50,548 nt of DNA from a virus (taxonomy: Duplodnaviria; Caudoviricetes). The translations under genes and the position numbers were made by a program. This document shows, one piece after another, positions 17,413-26,228 of the stretch (positions within the stretch are counted from its first letter, which is position 1; each line of letters starts with the position of its first letter). The DNA is taken from IMG/VR virus record IMGVR_UViG_3300048672_000029, positions 1-50,548 of that record; one strand, written 5' to 3'. The notes below the pieces were generated by a model. The model searched no databases. It worked only from the letters and a program-made list of their open reading frames with translations, and was not told the origin of the DNA.

Positions 17413-18762
17413 ATTTGTGGTATTGTTGGCGTTGCGGGTGATCTAACCCAAAAGGAAGACAAGATTTTTCGTACTATGCTTATCCTTGACACTGTACGAG
17501 GGGAAGACAGTACAGGATTGGCTGCTGTTCCTAAGTTTGGTGATTCAGTGGTGGTTAAGACTGTTGGTCCTGCTTTTGATCTATTTGCTAGTAAGAAATA
17601 CGATGCAACTATGAACAAAATGAATAGAGCAGTGATTGGACACAATCGCTATGCTACTCAGGGCGTAGTGAATAAAGCTAACGCTCATCCTTTTGAATTC
17701 CAAACTCTTATTGGTGTACATAATGGTACATTGAAGAATAAACACAAGCTTCTTGATCCTCATAAATTTCAGGTAGATAGTGAAAATCTATATCATCACA
17801 TTGAGAACAATGGTTTACGTGATGCTATTGACATTGTTGATGGGGCTTATGCTCTAGTATGGTGGAATAAAGATGAGGAAACTCTTAACTTCCTACGTAA
17901 TAAAGAACGTCCATTGTTCTATGCCTATTCTAAAGATACTAAAGTTATCCTTTGGGCATCTGAGAAATGGATGATTGACATTGCTTGCTTCAAGCATGAT
18001 CTAGTGATTGACGAGATCAAGAGTGTTCCAGTAGACTATCATTATTCTTTCCATATTGACAACAAAGGCTTCATACATAAGCCTAAAGAAGTTGAGATGA
18101 AACAGAAAGAGATTAATCGTCCTGATATTTCCTACTACACTGGTGGTTATTTTGGTAATCAATATCAAGGACATAGACAACAGCAGCAAGGATTTGCTCC
18201 TCAACTTCCTGCTCCGACAACAAGTAATGTAACAACTCTTCCAGTAGTTGACGCTAAAAAAAACTTGGTTTCGGACAAAGATATCGAGACTTATTCCAAC
18301 ACAAAAGGAGTGATTCTTAATGTTGTAGAGAGCGATATCAATACGCATGGAGCTAAGTATGTAACTCTACGTGACCCTTTACACCCTACATTTCCTATCT
18401 CAATGTACATCAATAGAGATACAGGAATTCTCAAACTAATTGGCAAATCAATTAAGGCCAATGTTGGGAAATGGTGTATGACGTATAAAGCGGGAGGTTT
18501 CTTTCGTGTCAGTGAAAATGAATACGAAGAAATCCCTGATGAATCTCCAGAGCTATACATCTACGATGATGGCAAAGGTCACATGCTTAACAAGAAGGAG
18601 TGGGAAACGAAGTTCTCTAATTGTGAATGGTGCTTCGATCATCTGTTTGCAGAAGATCATGGTAATAGGATTAATGATGCTGGTCAGTGTTTCTGTGCTA
18701 CTTGCGTAGCTACGTATCCAGAGATTGAAGAGCATGCTGGTAAATTGAAACGTGTTTATTAA
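17413..18762 (+). CDS. Class II (Ntn) glutamine amidotransferase with C-terminal Cys-rich domain; inferred ATT start
   Basis: CGIVG N-terminus, RGEDSTG, GHNRYAT, NAHPF, HNGT, VDSE, RPL; GGAG 8 nt before ATT-TGT. Confidence 0.9.
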   Translation: MCGIVGVAGDLTQKEDKIFRTMLILDTVRGEDSTGLAAVPKFGDSVVVKTVGPAFDLFASKKYDATMNKMNRAVIGHNRYATQGVVNKANAHPFEFQTLIGVHNGTLKNKHKLLDPHKFQVDSENLYHHIENNGLRDAIDIVDGAYALVWWNKDEETLNFLRNKERPLFYAYSKDTKVILWASEKWMIDIACFKHDLVIDEIKSVPVDYHYSFHIDNKGFIHKPKEVEMKQKEINRPDISYYTGGYFGNQYQGHRQQQQGFAPQLPAPTTSNVTTLPVVDAKKNLVSDKDIETYSNTKGVILNVVESDINTHGAKYVTLRDPLHPTFPISMYINRDTGILKLIGKSIKANVGKWCMTYKAGGFFRVSENEYEEIPDESPELYIYDDGKGHMLNKKEWETKFSNCEWCFDHLFAEDHGNRINDAGQCFCATCVATYPEIEEHAGKLKRVY

Positions 18763-18780
18763 CTTTAGGAGATATATGAA

Positions 18781-19575
18781 ATGACGAAGATTCTAATTGG
18801 TTGCGACCCAGAAGTGTTTATTAAACAGAAAGGCATCTTTAAGAGTGCTTACAATCTAATTAAGGGAGATAAGAAAAATCCTCAAAAGATTCGTAGTGGA
18901 GCAGTGCAAGTAGATGGTATGGCATTAGAGTTTAATATTGATCCAGCCGCTACTGAAGATGAATTTGTCTTTAATGTACAAGACGTGTTCAATCAAATGA
19001 AGGCTATGGTGCCTAAGTATGAGGTGGTAGTGTCTCCTGTTGCTCACTTTGATGCAGCATATATGAAGAAGCAACCTAAGGAAGCCTTAGAGCTTGGTTG
19101 TGATCCTGACTATAACGCTTGGACAGGTGAGGCTAATGCTCGCCCTGATGGTGATCGTCCTATGCGTACTGCGTCAGGTCATATCCATATTGGATGGACT
19201 GCTAATCGTTCTAAAGACGATATGGGCCATGTAAATGATTGTCACATCATTGCTAAGCAAATGGATTATTATCTGGGCCTCACCAGCCTGTTTTATGACA
19301 AGGAAGTAGAACGTCGGGAGATGTATGGGAAAGCTGGCGCTGTTCGTTATAAGCCTTATGGTGTTGAGTATCGTACTCTCTCTAATGCTTGGCTTAAGTC
19401 TGAAACTCTTATGCGCTTTGTATACCGTAATGCGGTAAAGGCCGTTACTAACGTTATGGATGGTAATATCCTTGTGGATAAGTATGGAGATATTCAAGAC
19501 ATTATCAATACGTCTAATCTAAAGAAGGCTTCGGCTATCATTAAGTCTGAGAATCTAGAGGTTTGTTATGGATGA
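18781..19575 (+). CDS. COOH-NH2 ligase type 2 (phiEco32-like)
   Basis: IGCDPEVF, QVDG...EFN, LGCDPDYNAW, GHIHIG, RREMYGKAG, KPYGVEYRTLSN. Confidence 0.9.
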   Translation: MTKILIGCDPEVFIKQKGIFKSAYNLIKGDKKNPQKIRSGAVQVDGMALEFNIDPAATEDEFVFNVQDVFNQMKAMVPKYEVVVSPVAHFDAAYMKKQPKEALELGCDPDYNAWTGEANARPDGDRPMRTASGHIHIGWTANRSKDDMGHVNDCHIIAKQMDYYLGLTSLFYDKEVERREMYGKAGAVRYKPYGVEYRTLSNAWLKSETLMRFVYRNAVKAVTNVMDGNILVDKYGDIQDIINTSNLKKASAIIKSENLEVCYG

Positions 19576-20170
19576 AGAAGAAGTATTGTCTAATGACGAT
19601 ATTGTCCAACAGTATTACAAGAACATAGTAATTTATAATACTAAGTTGGTATTTGTTAGTCATTGTAAAGATGGGATCGTTACACTTAATCCAGTAGGAG
19701 TGGCTAAGAATTTCAATGTAAAGTTTGAGAGGAAATTGTTTAAGCCTTGTCTCAATCGTATTGGAATGATTAACGTCTTAGGCTCTGTTATCTATGGCTC
19801 ACGTAATCCTGTACGTAAGATGCAGATAGGACACAATCGTAATAACATTTCTTTGCATTATATCAAAGGGCTGGAATACAAAGAAGGAGCAATGGCTACT
19901 AAGGATTACCTATACAATGTTAATTGTGTAGAAATTGGTAATTCTTTAGAAAATAATTATCCTACTTTTGAGAAAGCTTTAGAGATAATTGATAAGAAAT
20001 CTGGTATTAATGCTGTTGCTTTTGATAAGCAATTCTGCCTAGATAAGCTAGGCAACATCTACTATAAACTTGATTGCGTTGGTAAGGTAAAAGATAAACG
20101 TATTGAGTTTAAGTCTGGTAAAGAACATCTTGAACTTCTTTTAGAGAATAGCTATGAGCAGTATATTTGA
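19568..20170 (+). CDS. Hypothetical protein, 200 aa, within the ligase cluster
   Basis: GAGG SD; overlaps both neighbours. Confidence 0.8.
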   Translation: MDEEEVLSNDDIVQQYYKNIVIYNTKLVFVSHCKDGIVTLNPVGVAKNFNVKFERKLFKPCLNRIGMINVLGSVIYGSRNPVRKMQIGHNRNNISLHYIKGLEYKEGAMATKDYLYNVNCVEIGNSLENNYPTFEKALEIIDKKSGINAVAFDKQFCLDKLGNIYYKLDCVGKVKDKRIEFKSGKEHLELLLENSYEQYI

Positions 20171-21356
20171 AATCCTGGAAATGGAAAATGGTAAAAAGCA
20201 AGCTGGCTTCTTCGGTATTGAGATTGAAGTGGAAGGTAAGCACTTAGGTATTAATCCTGCTAGATTCTGGAGAGCAGAGGCTGATGGAAGTTTACGTAAC
20301 GGTATTGAATACGTTCTTAAGAAACCTTTGTTTATTAAGGAAGTGTCTACAGCATTGCAATATCTAAATAATTATCTAAAAGATCAAGGAAGCCGTCCTG
20401 TATTCTCCTTCCGTACTTCTGTGCATGTGCATCTCAATGTGCAATCTCTTACAGAGGATCAGCTCCTTAATCTAATCTATACGTATTCTCTCCTTGAGAA
20501 TGTGTTTATGGAATATTGTGGAGATAGTCGTAAAGGCAATCGCTTTTGTCTACGAGCACAAGATGCTGACGGATATGTGGATAATGTGGACAAGTTATTC
20601 TCTCAAGGTGTACGAGAAATCTTTCGTATTCCTCAGAATCAGATTAGGTATTCCTCTCTTAATCTCGAAGCTTTGCTTAAGTATGGCAGTATTGAATTCC
20701 GGGGATTGGCTGGTACATTAGATGAGAAACGTATTCTTGTATGGTGCCAAGCTATTGACAAGCTCAGAGAATATGCTGTTAAGCAAGAAAATCCTATTGC
20801 TATTATGAATCACTTTAGAGAGAGTCATAGTATTTCTTTTGCTAAGGAAATTCTTGGGGAACTTTTCCAGGAATTTGAATTCAAAGGGATGGATAAGGAG
20901 CTTGTTCGTAATTTCTCATTAGCTATTGATTTCCCTTCTTCGTATAGAGATCGGAAAGAAAAGAAGGAAGTAGCTAAAGCTAAGAAGGAAATTGATCCTA
21001 TTCGTCAACAGAATGTTTTAAACGAAGTTCTTGTAGACTTGGCTAATAGGGAAGCAGCACGTATAAGGAGAGATGCTGCTGGACGTTTTGCTCCGTGGCA
21101 TCAGGCTGTCCCTAATGAACATGAATTACGAGCAGCAGGTGTGGAAGTTGCCGGACATGTACATGATGCTGTAAGATTTAATCCTTTTGCAATTCCTGAA
21201 GCTGTTATTAGAGATGAAGTTGCTGTGGCAGATCATAATAATAGATTGAGAGGAGTTATGGATGAACAAATACGTGCTCATCGTGTAGGTGTTAGGCGTG
21301 TTCCTGTCCCTCCTAATAGAATGTTTGATGAGCCTCAAGAGGAACCATTGGAATAA
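20154..21356 (+). CDS. Putative amidoligase (glutamate-cysteine-ligase/GS fold)
   Basis: FGIEIEVEG, DGSL...EYV, SVHVHLN, RYSSLN, GSIEFR. Confidence 0.88.
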   Translation: MSSIFEILEMENGKKQAGFFGIEIEVEGKHLGINPARFWRAEADGSLRNGIEYVLKKPLFIKEVSTALQYLNNYLKDQGSRPVFSFRTSVHVHLNVQSLTEDQLLNLIYTYSLLENVFMEYCGDSRKGNRFCLRAQDADGYVDNVDKLFSQGVREIFRIPQNQIRYSSLNLEALLKYGSIEFRGLAGTLDEKRILVWCQAIDKLREYAVKQENPIAIMNHFRESHSISFAKEILGELFQEFEFKGMDKELVRNFSLAIDFPSSYRDRKEKKEVAKAKKEIDPIRQQNVLNEVLVDLANREAARIRRDAAGRFAPWHQAVPNEHELRAAGVEVAGHVHDAVRFNPFAIPEAVIRDEVAVADHNNRLRGVMDEQIRAHRVGVRRVPVPPNRMFDEPQEEPLE

Positions 21357-21358
21357 TT

Positions 21359-21595
21359 ATGAAAAAACTATCTTTAATTGCATTCCTGCTCCTTGCAGGA
21401 TGCTCTCAACAATTAAGCTTGAAGGATGCTATCATTGCACAAACCTTCTGTAGAGCTTTAGGTGGAGAGCTTGTTACATATGGCGTATCTGATGAAACAA
21501 GGTATGGAAGATATACTATTACAGCAAATTGTTCAGCAGGAGTAGTGGTGACTATTCCTATATCTCCTAATAAGAAAGTGGAGCCTAATGTATGA
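21359..21595 (+). CDS. Putative lipoprotein
   Basis: MKK plus hydrophobic core plus LAGC lipobox. Confidence 0.75.
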   Translation: MKKLSLIAFLLLAGCSQQLSLKDAIIAQTFCRALGGELVTYGVSDETRYGRYTITANCSAGVVVTIPISPNKKVEPNV

Positions 21596-21807
21596 TAAGC
21601 GATGTAGATATTCGTGATTGGGAAAAAAGTATTGTAGCTGCTAAGATGGCTTCAGAACGTTTAGGAAAAGATCATCCTAATGGATCGTATGACTTATCCT
21701 TTCTTAAGGAATTTATAGACAAAGTAGAAGCTGCTATCTATCTTAATCGTAAGCAAATTCCTGCTTTGTTTAAGCCTATGTATTTGGAGGTGCCTACAAG
21801 TGATTGA
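21592..21807 (+). CDS. Hypothetical protein, 71 aa
   Basis: ATGA coupling; GGAG SD. Confidence 0.7.
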   Translation: MISDVDIRDWEKSIVAAKMASERLGKDHPNGSYDLSFLKEFIDKVEAAIYLNRKQIPALFKPMYLEVPTSD

Positions 21808-22048
21808 TAAAACACAACAGGGGGAACCGGTAGCGTGGCGCATCTGGTCACCTGATGGGACGAACGTCTACCAGTACACAGAAAACGGTGATGGAGAACC
21901 GCTATTCACCCACCCAGCGCCAAGAGAGCCGATGACGCCTGAGAAAGTGCGCGCAGTCGGTGGAATTGTCCACAGTGATGGCAACGTGTTTTTCACAAAT
22001 ATGGCGCAGCTTAACGAGGCTATCGGCATCAAGGAGAAATCAGAATGA
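21800..22048 (+). CDS. Hypothetical protein, 82 aa (EPVAW-type phage protein)
   Basis: GGAGG SD; EPVAW...PLFTHP segment; GC-richer codons. Confidence 0.7.
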   Translation: MIDKTQQGEPVAWRIWSPDGTNVYQYTENGDGEPLFTHPAPREPMTPEKVRAVGGIVHSDGNVFFTNMAQLNEAIGIKEKSE

Positions 22049-22206
22049 ACCTCACCCTACATCTTTGGATGGCTCCGCTTGCGTGCTTGTGGATCTTCTG
22101 CTTGTGGCTTTGGGTTTGTGACGGCTTTGCGGCTGAGTCTCTTGTTTTTGGCTCGTCTACTTGCACTTTCGTTACCGCTATTGCTTTACTCACGAGGTTC
22201 CTATGA
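22045..22206 (+). CDS. Small membrane protein, 53 aa; not in the ORF track
   Basis: AAGGAG SD; ATGA overlaps on both sides; two hydrophobic segments (MNLTLHLWMAPLACLWIFCLWLWVC...). Confidence 0.6.
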   Translation: MNLTLHLWMAPLACLWIFCLWLWVCDGFAAESLVFGSSTCTFVTAIALLTRFL

Positions 22207-22655
22207 CCAAAGAATACACCGGAGCCGAGTTTGCTCCAGTCTTTTACCGCGCATTGGCTGACTGGTTTGAAAGCGGGTGTAACGGCCCTGACCCAAGGAA
22301 AAATATCGAGGTTTGTCGCTATGAGAATTATTGGGCTACAGGAGAATCAAGGCAAGTCGATTGCATGGAGGAGACGTTTCGCTACCGCTGGAAGCCCGTC
22401 CCCAAGCGCACCGTAAAAATTAGCTATCAAGACAAGTTCGGCAAAGAGCATCAGAAAGAGCTTGTCGCGCCAGAGGTGGAGGCACCGCCAAAAGGAAGTT
22501 TGTACTTTCACTATGGCCGTGACACTGCGCTTCCGTGGGCTGGAGGTGGGATAGATTGCAAGTGGTTGGAAGCTGGCGAAATTTTCCTCACCCGTGAAGA
22601 CGCCCAAGCAATGGCCGAATGGCTGGCTGTATGTCGTCGGGGAGGTGCAGCATGA
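22203..22655 (+). CDS. Hypothetical protein (start re-called at ATG 22203)
   Basis: GAGG SD; ATGA overlap; in frame with ORF 22161..22655. Confidence 0.7.
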   Translation: MTKEYTGAEFAPVFYRALADWFESGCNGPDPRKNIEVCRYENYWATGESRQVDCMEETFRYRWKPVPKRTVKISYQDKFGKEHQKELVAPEVEAPPKGSLYFHYGRDTALPWAGGGIDCKWLEAGEIFLTREDAQAMAEWLAVCRRGGAA

Positions 22656-22831
22656 GGTACGCAATGCTCTTGCCACTGCTATTGCTTTCTGGCTGTGTTT
22701 CTGACCCGAAATTCGATGGAAAGTTGTATTGTGAATCCGGCACTGCCTACGTCATTACATGGCGTGTTGGATCGCTTTACTGGTTTCAACCAACCCCAGC
22801 CGCTAACGCTTTATGCAAGGTGACGCCATGA
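22652..22831 (+). CDS. Putative lipoprotein (start re-called at 22652)
   Basis: GGAGG SD; MRYAMLLPLLLLSGC lipobox. Confidence 0.7.
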   Translation: MRYAMLLPLLLLSGCVSDPKFDGKLYCESGTAYVITWRVGSLYWFQPTPAANALCKVTP

Positions 22832-22864
22832 ATCAGGACAAGGCACGCAATAAGGAAAATCAAA

Positions 22865-23065
22865 ATGAAATTATACGAAGTACCTAACCACTCTTGGATA
22901 ATTGTAAAAGAAGCAGAAGCACCCCCTCCCGGAGCTAAAGCTGTAGATGTTGGGCAGATGATTAAATTCCATCATATTGATGGGATGTATTCCTATTGTA
23001 AAACTGTTGATGGTGATGTTGTGCATCTACCAGCTTGGGCTGAAGTGGAATTAATAGATGGCTAA
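22865..23065 (+). CDS. Hypothetical protein, 66 aa
   Basis: TAAGGA SD; overlaps the primase start. Confidence 0.75.
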   Translation: MKLYEVPNHSWIIVKEAEAPPPGAKAVDVGQMIKFHHIDGMYSYCKTVDGDVVHLPAWAEVELIDG

Positions 23066-24713
23066 ATGCGTAGAGAAAATAGCACACAACACAGATAAGT
23101 GTAATAGTAAGAATGGTTTACAAGTATTCCTAAAGGACGATGGGACTTATGATGGATATTGTTTTGCATGTGGTACCGTGGTACCTAATCCTTATAGTGA
23201 TAAGCCTGTGGGCTTTAAGCCTACACGAGCGATCAAAACGCAGGAAGAAATTGATGCTGAAATTCGAGAGATTGCAACGCTTGGCACATCGTCGTTACCA
23301 CAACGAGGACTTAGAAAAGACTCGCTTGAATATTTTGGAATTAGAATTGGAAAATCTGAGACAGATGGCGAAACACCTGTAAGCCATTACTATCCCTATT
23401 ACAAGGGAGATATTCTCTCAGGATATAAGGTACGCTTGATTGAAGATAAGCGTATGTGGAGCATTGGAGATATTAAAGGAGTTGATCTATTCGGATGGAA
23501 TCAAGCTATTGCTGCTGGTGGTAAGAAATTATTCATCACAGAAGGAGAGCTTGATGCTGTAGCTTTATATCAAATCTTTAAAGATCATAACAAAGGCACC
23601 CCATACGCTGACATGTCTCCAGCTATTGTTTCATTAACTAATGGGGCATCTGGAGCAGCTAAGCAAATAGGTGGATGTATAAAGGAAATACGTCAAGTAT
23701 TTAAGGAAATCATCCTTGTATTTGATATGGATGTTCCTGGTCGTAAAGCTGTAGAAGAAGTGATTAGGATTGTCCCAGATGCTAAGGTGGCAATTCTTCC
23801 AGCTAAAGATGCTAATGAATGTCTTATTCAAGGACGTAGTAAGGCTTGTTATAATGCTTGTCAGTTTAATGCAGAGAAGCCTAAAAACACTAGGCTAGTG
23901 TCTGGAGACGATTTGCATGAGAAAGCTAAGGTACCCCCTGTCTACGGATATTCATGGCCTTGGAAGCACATTACAGAGGCTACTAGAGGCATTCGCTTAG
24001 GTGAAACTATCTATATTGGAGCAGGACAGAAACAAGGGAAGAGTGAAGTTGTTAACACCCTTGCTGCCCATTTCATTCAAGAACATAAATGGAAGGTGTT
24101 CCTTGTTAAACCTGAAGAATCAAATAACAAGACATATAAACTTGTTGCTGGCAAATTGGTTGGGAAGTTTTTCCATGATCCTAATAAGCCTTTTGATGAA
24201 GAAGCCTACGACAGAGCTGGTGCTATTCTCCACGGTAATCTTTACATGCTCAATTTGTATCAGCATGTTGATTTTAATACGCTTAAAGGAGACATTAGAC
24301 AAGCTGCCTTAGAAGGGTGTCAGGCTATCATCATTGATCCAATTACCAATTTTACGAATGGAATGAATGCAGCAGATGCTAATACGAAACTTCAGGAAAT
24401 TGCCCAAGAGCTTGCTGCTATGGCTCTCGATCTTAATGTCGTTATTTTTATATTCTGTCACCTTAGGAACCCTGAAAGTGGTCCTCCTCATGAACGAGGT
24501 GGTGAGGTTCTTAGCAGTCAGTTTGCAGGGTCTAGAGCAATGGCTAGATCGTGTAATCTCATGCTTGGTTTGCAAGGAAATAGAGACCCGTCACTATCAA
24601 TAGAAGAACGTAATCTGCGTACTCTTATCTTATTAGAGGATAGAGAATTCGGAGAAACTGGTAGATTTGGGTTGTATTGGGATAAGGCTACAGGACTTTT
24701 TAATGAGATTTAG
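23058..24713 (+). CDS. T7 gp4-like primase-helicase
   Basis: N-terminal Zn-binding segment (YCFACG), TOPRIM ITEGELDA and FDMD, KDAN, Walker A GAGQKQGKS, IIIDPI, HLRNP, GSRAM. Confidence 0.95.
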   Translation: MAKCVEKIAHNTDKCNSKNGLQVFLKDDGTYDGYCFACGTVVPNPYSDKPVGFKPTRAIKTQEEIDAEIREIATLGTSSLPQRGLRKDSLEYFGIRIGKSETDGETPVSHYYPYYKGDILSGYKVRLIEDKRMWSIGDIKGVDLFGWNQAIAAGGKKLFITEGELDAVALYQIFKDHNKGTPYADMSPAIVSLTNGASGAAKQIGGCIKEIRQVFKEIILVFDMDVPGRKAVEEVIRIVPDAKVAILPAKDANECLIQGRSKACYNACQFNAEKPKNTRLVSGDDLHEKAKVPPVYGYSWPWKHITEATRGIRLGETIYIGAGQKQGKSEVVNTLAAHFIQEHKWKVFLVKPEESNNKTYKLVAGKLVGKFFHDPNKPFDEEAYDRAGAILHGNLYMLNLYQHVDFNTLKGDIRQAALEGCQAIIIDPITNFTNGMNAADANTKLQEIAQELAAMALDLNVVIFIFCHLRNPESGPPHERGGEVLSSQFAGSRAMARSCNLMLGLQGNRDPSLSIEERNLRTLILLEDREFGETGRFGLYWDKATGLFNEI

Positions 24714-24738
24714 TCGAATAACTATAAGAAAGACGATA
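24713..24738 (+). promoter_or_regulatory. Putative phage-sigma promoter GTCGA-N15-ACGATA
   Basis: Same motif and spacing; 24 nt upstream of the HNH-AP2 gene, which is followed by the sigma gene. Confidence 0.55.
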
Positions 24739-24762
24739 GAAGATATTTCTTGAAAGGCACTA

Positions 24763-25257
24763 ATGGATAAAAAATATTTAGAAAGTTTGCTAAGCTATGA
24801 CCCTAATACAGGTTTATTTACATGGAAAATAAATAAAGGAAGGGTTTCAGCAGGGTCTGTATGTAATAATACACAAGATCAAGGTTATAAAAAAGTGAAT
24901 ATAGATGGGAAATCCTACTATTTACACAGGTTAGTTTTTCTTTTAGAGGATGGGTTCTTTCCTAATGTAGTTGATCATATCAATGGGGATGTGTCAGACA
25001 ACAGAAGAATTAATTTACGAAAAACTTCTAGAGCAGGTAATAGACGCAACTCTAAAGTATCCAGTAACAACATCTCCGGTGTTAAAAATGTGCATTATAA
25101 CAAAAAGACCTCTTCTTATTCTGTAGCTATGCATGTAAACGGTGTTAGAAAAAGTTTTGGTAGTTTTAGTACCCTTGAAAAAGCAAAACAGGTAGCAGAT
25201 AAAGCTAGAGAAAATAACCATAAAGAATTTGCTTATAATGTACATTCCCATAATTGA
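24763..25257 (+). CDS. HNH homing endonuclease with AP2-like DNA-binding domain
   Basis: YDPNTGLFTW, HRLVF, VDHINGDVSDNRRINLR, NNISGVKNV...FGSF...A. Confidence 0.92.
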   Translation: MDKKYLESLLSYDPNTGLFTWKINKGRVSAGSVCNNTQDQGYKKVNIDGKSYYLHRLVFLLEDGFFPNVVDHINGDVSDNRRINLRKTSRAGNRRNSKVSSNNISGVKNVHYNKKTSSYSVAMHVNGVRKSFGSFSTLEKAKQVADKARENNHKEFAYNVHSHN

Positions 25258-25711
25258 ACAACACTTCATTGAGAATAGGCGTAAGCTTGTTAAGAAGATG
25301 GGGTTTAGGGCAGGAACTCCAGAAGATGCTGAAGATGTTGTACAAGAAGCTTATGCCCGAGCTATTAAATATCAAAAGAGTTTTGATGGAACTAATATAG
25401 ACAGATGGTTCCATACAATTCTTAACAATGTTCTTAAAGAGTTTAAGAATACACAAAAAGGATATTCTACAGTTGAATACGAAGAAGAAGAAGACCAAGC
25501 TGTAGAATATATCTACCCAACTAGGGTGATGGCTGAGATTTATGAAATGATTGATAAGCGTCCAGTAGTTCAGAAAGAAATACTTACGCTCTTCTTCACT
25601 CAAGAATATTCAGCTAAAGATATTAGCAACATCTTGCCCTCTTCATATTCCCAAATACATCAAGTGATACAAAGGTTCAGAAATGAACTAAAGGAAATCT
25701 ATCGTGAGTAA
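25238..25711 (+). CDS. ECF-like RNA polymerase sigma factor
   Basis: Region 2 (EDAEDVVQEAY...IDRWFHTILNN) and region 4 HTH (YSAKDISNIL...IHQVIQRFR); about 157 aa. Confidence 0.85.
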   Translation: MYIPIIEQHFIENRRKLVKKMGFRAGTPEDAEDVVQEAYARAIKYQKSFDGTNIDRWFHTILNNVLKEFKNTQKGYSTVEYEEEEDQAVEYIYPTRVMAEIYEMIDKRPVVQKEILTLFFTQEYSAKDISNILPSSYSQIHQVIQRFRNELKEIYRE

Positions 25712-26228
25712 CGTATGGTTTTGTAGTGATTTACATTTCGGTCACGAAGGAATCGGAAAGTTTAGAGAAGCTCTAGGTATTAAAGACGAGCAACATAATC
25801 GTTCAACAATCAAAGATGATTGGAAAGAACTGGTACATAAGAAAGATATTGTATATGTATTAGGTGATGCGGCATTCACTATGGAAACAATAGAGGATTT
25901 TGCTGAATTGCCTGGAACTAAGTATCTTATTCGTGGAAATCACGATCAACTAAATACCAACGTATATCTCAAATATTTTAAAGAAGTGTACGGTCTTCTT
26001 AAATATAAAGAGTTTTGGTTGAGTCATGCTCCTATACATCCTGAAGAACTTAGAGGTAAGGTGAATCTTCATGGACATGTTCACTTCTCGTCTATCAGGT
26101 ATCCTTTTGAAGCTGGACAGCCTATAGATCGACGCTATTTAAACTGTTGTCCTGAGAATCTTATGCCAACTTACGATAGATGTTTGGTATCTCTAGATCA
26201 GATTAGGACTTCTTTAAGCTACAAATGA
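25704..26228 (+). CDS. Calcineurin-like metallophosphoesterase
   Basis: SDLHFGH, LGD, GNHD, SHAP, LHGHVH. Confidence 0.9.
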   Translation: MSNVWFCSDLHFGHEGIGKFREALGIKDEQHNRSTIKDDWKELVHKKDIVYVLGDAAFTMETIEDFAELPGTKYLIRGNHDQLNTNVYLKYFKEVYGLLKYKEFWLSHAPIHPEELRGKVNLHGHVHFSSIRYPFEAGQPIDRRYLNCCPENLMPTYDRCLVSLDQIRTSLSYK

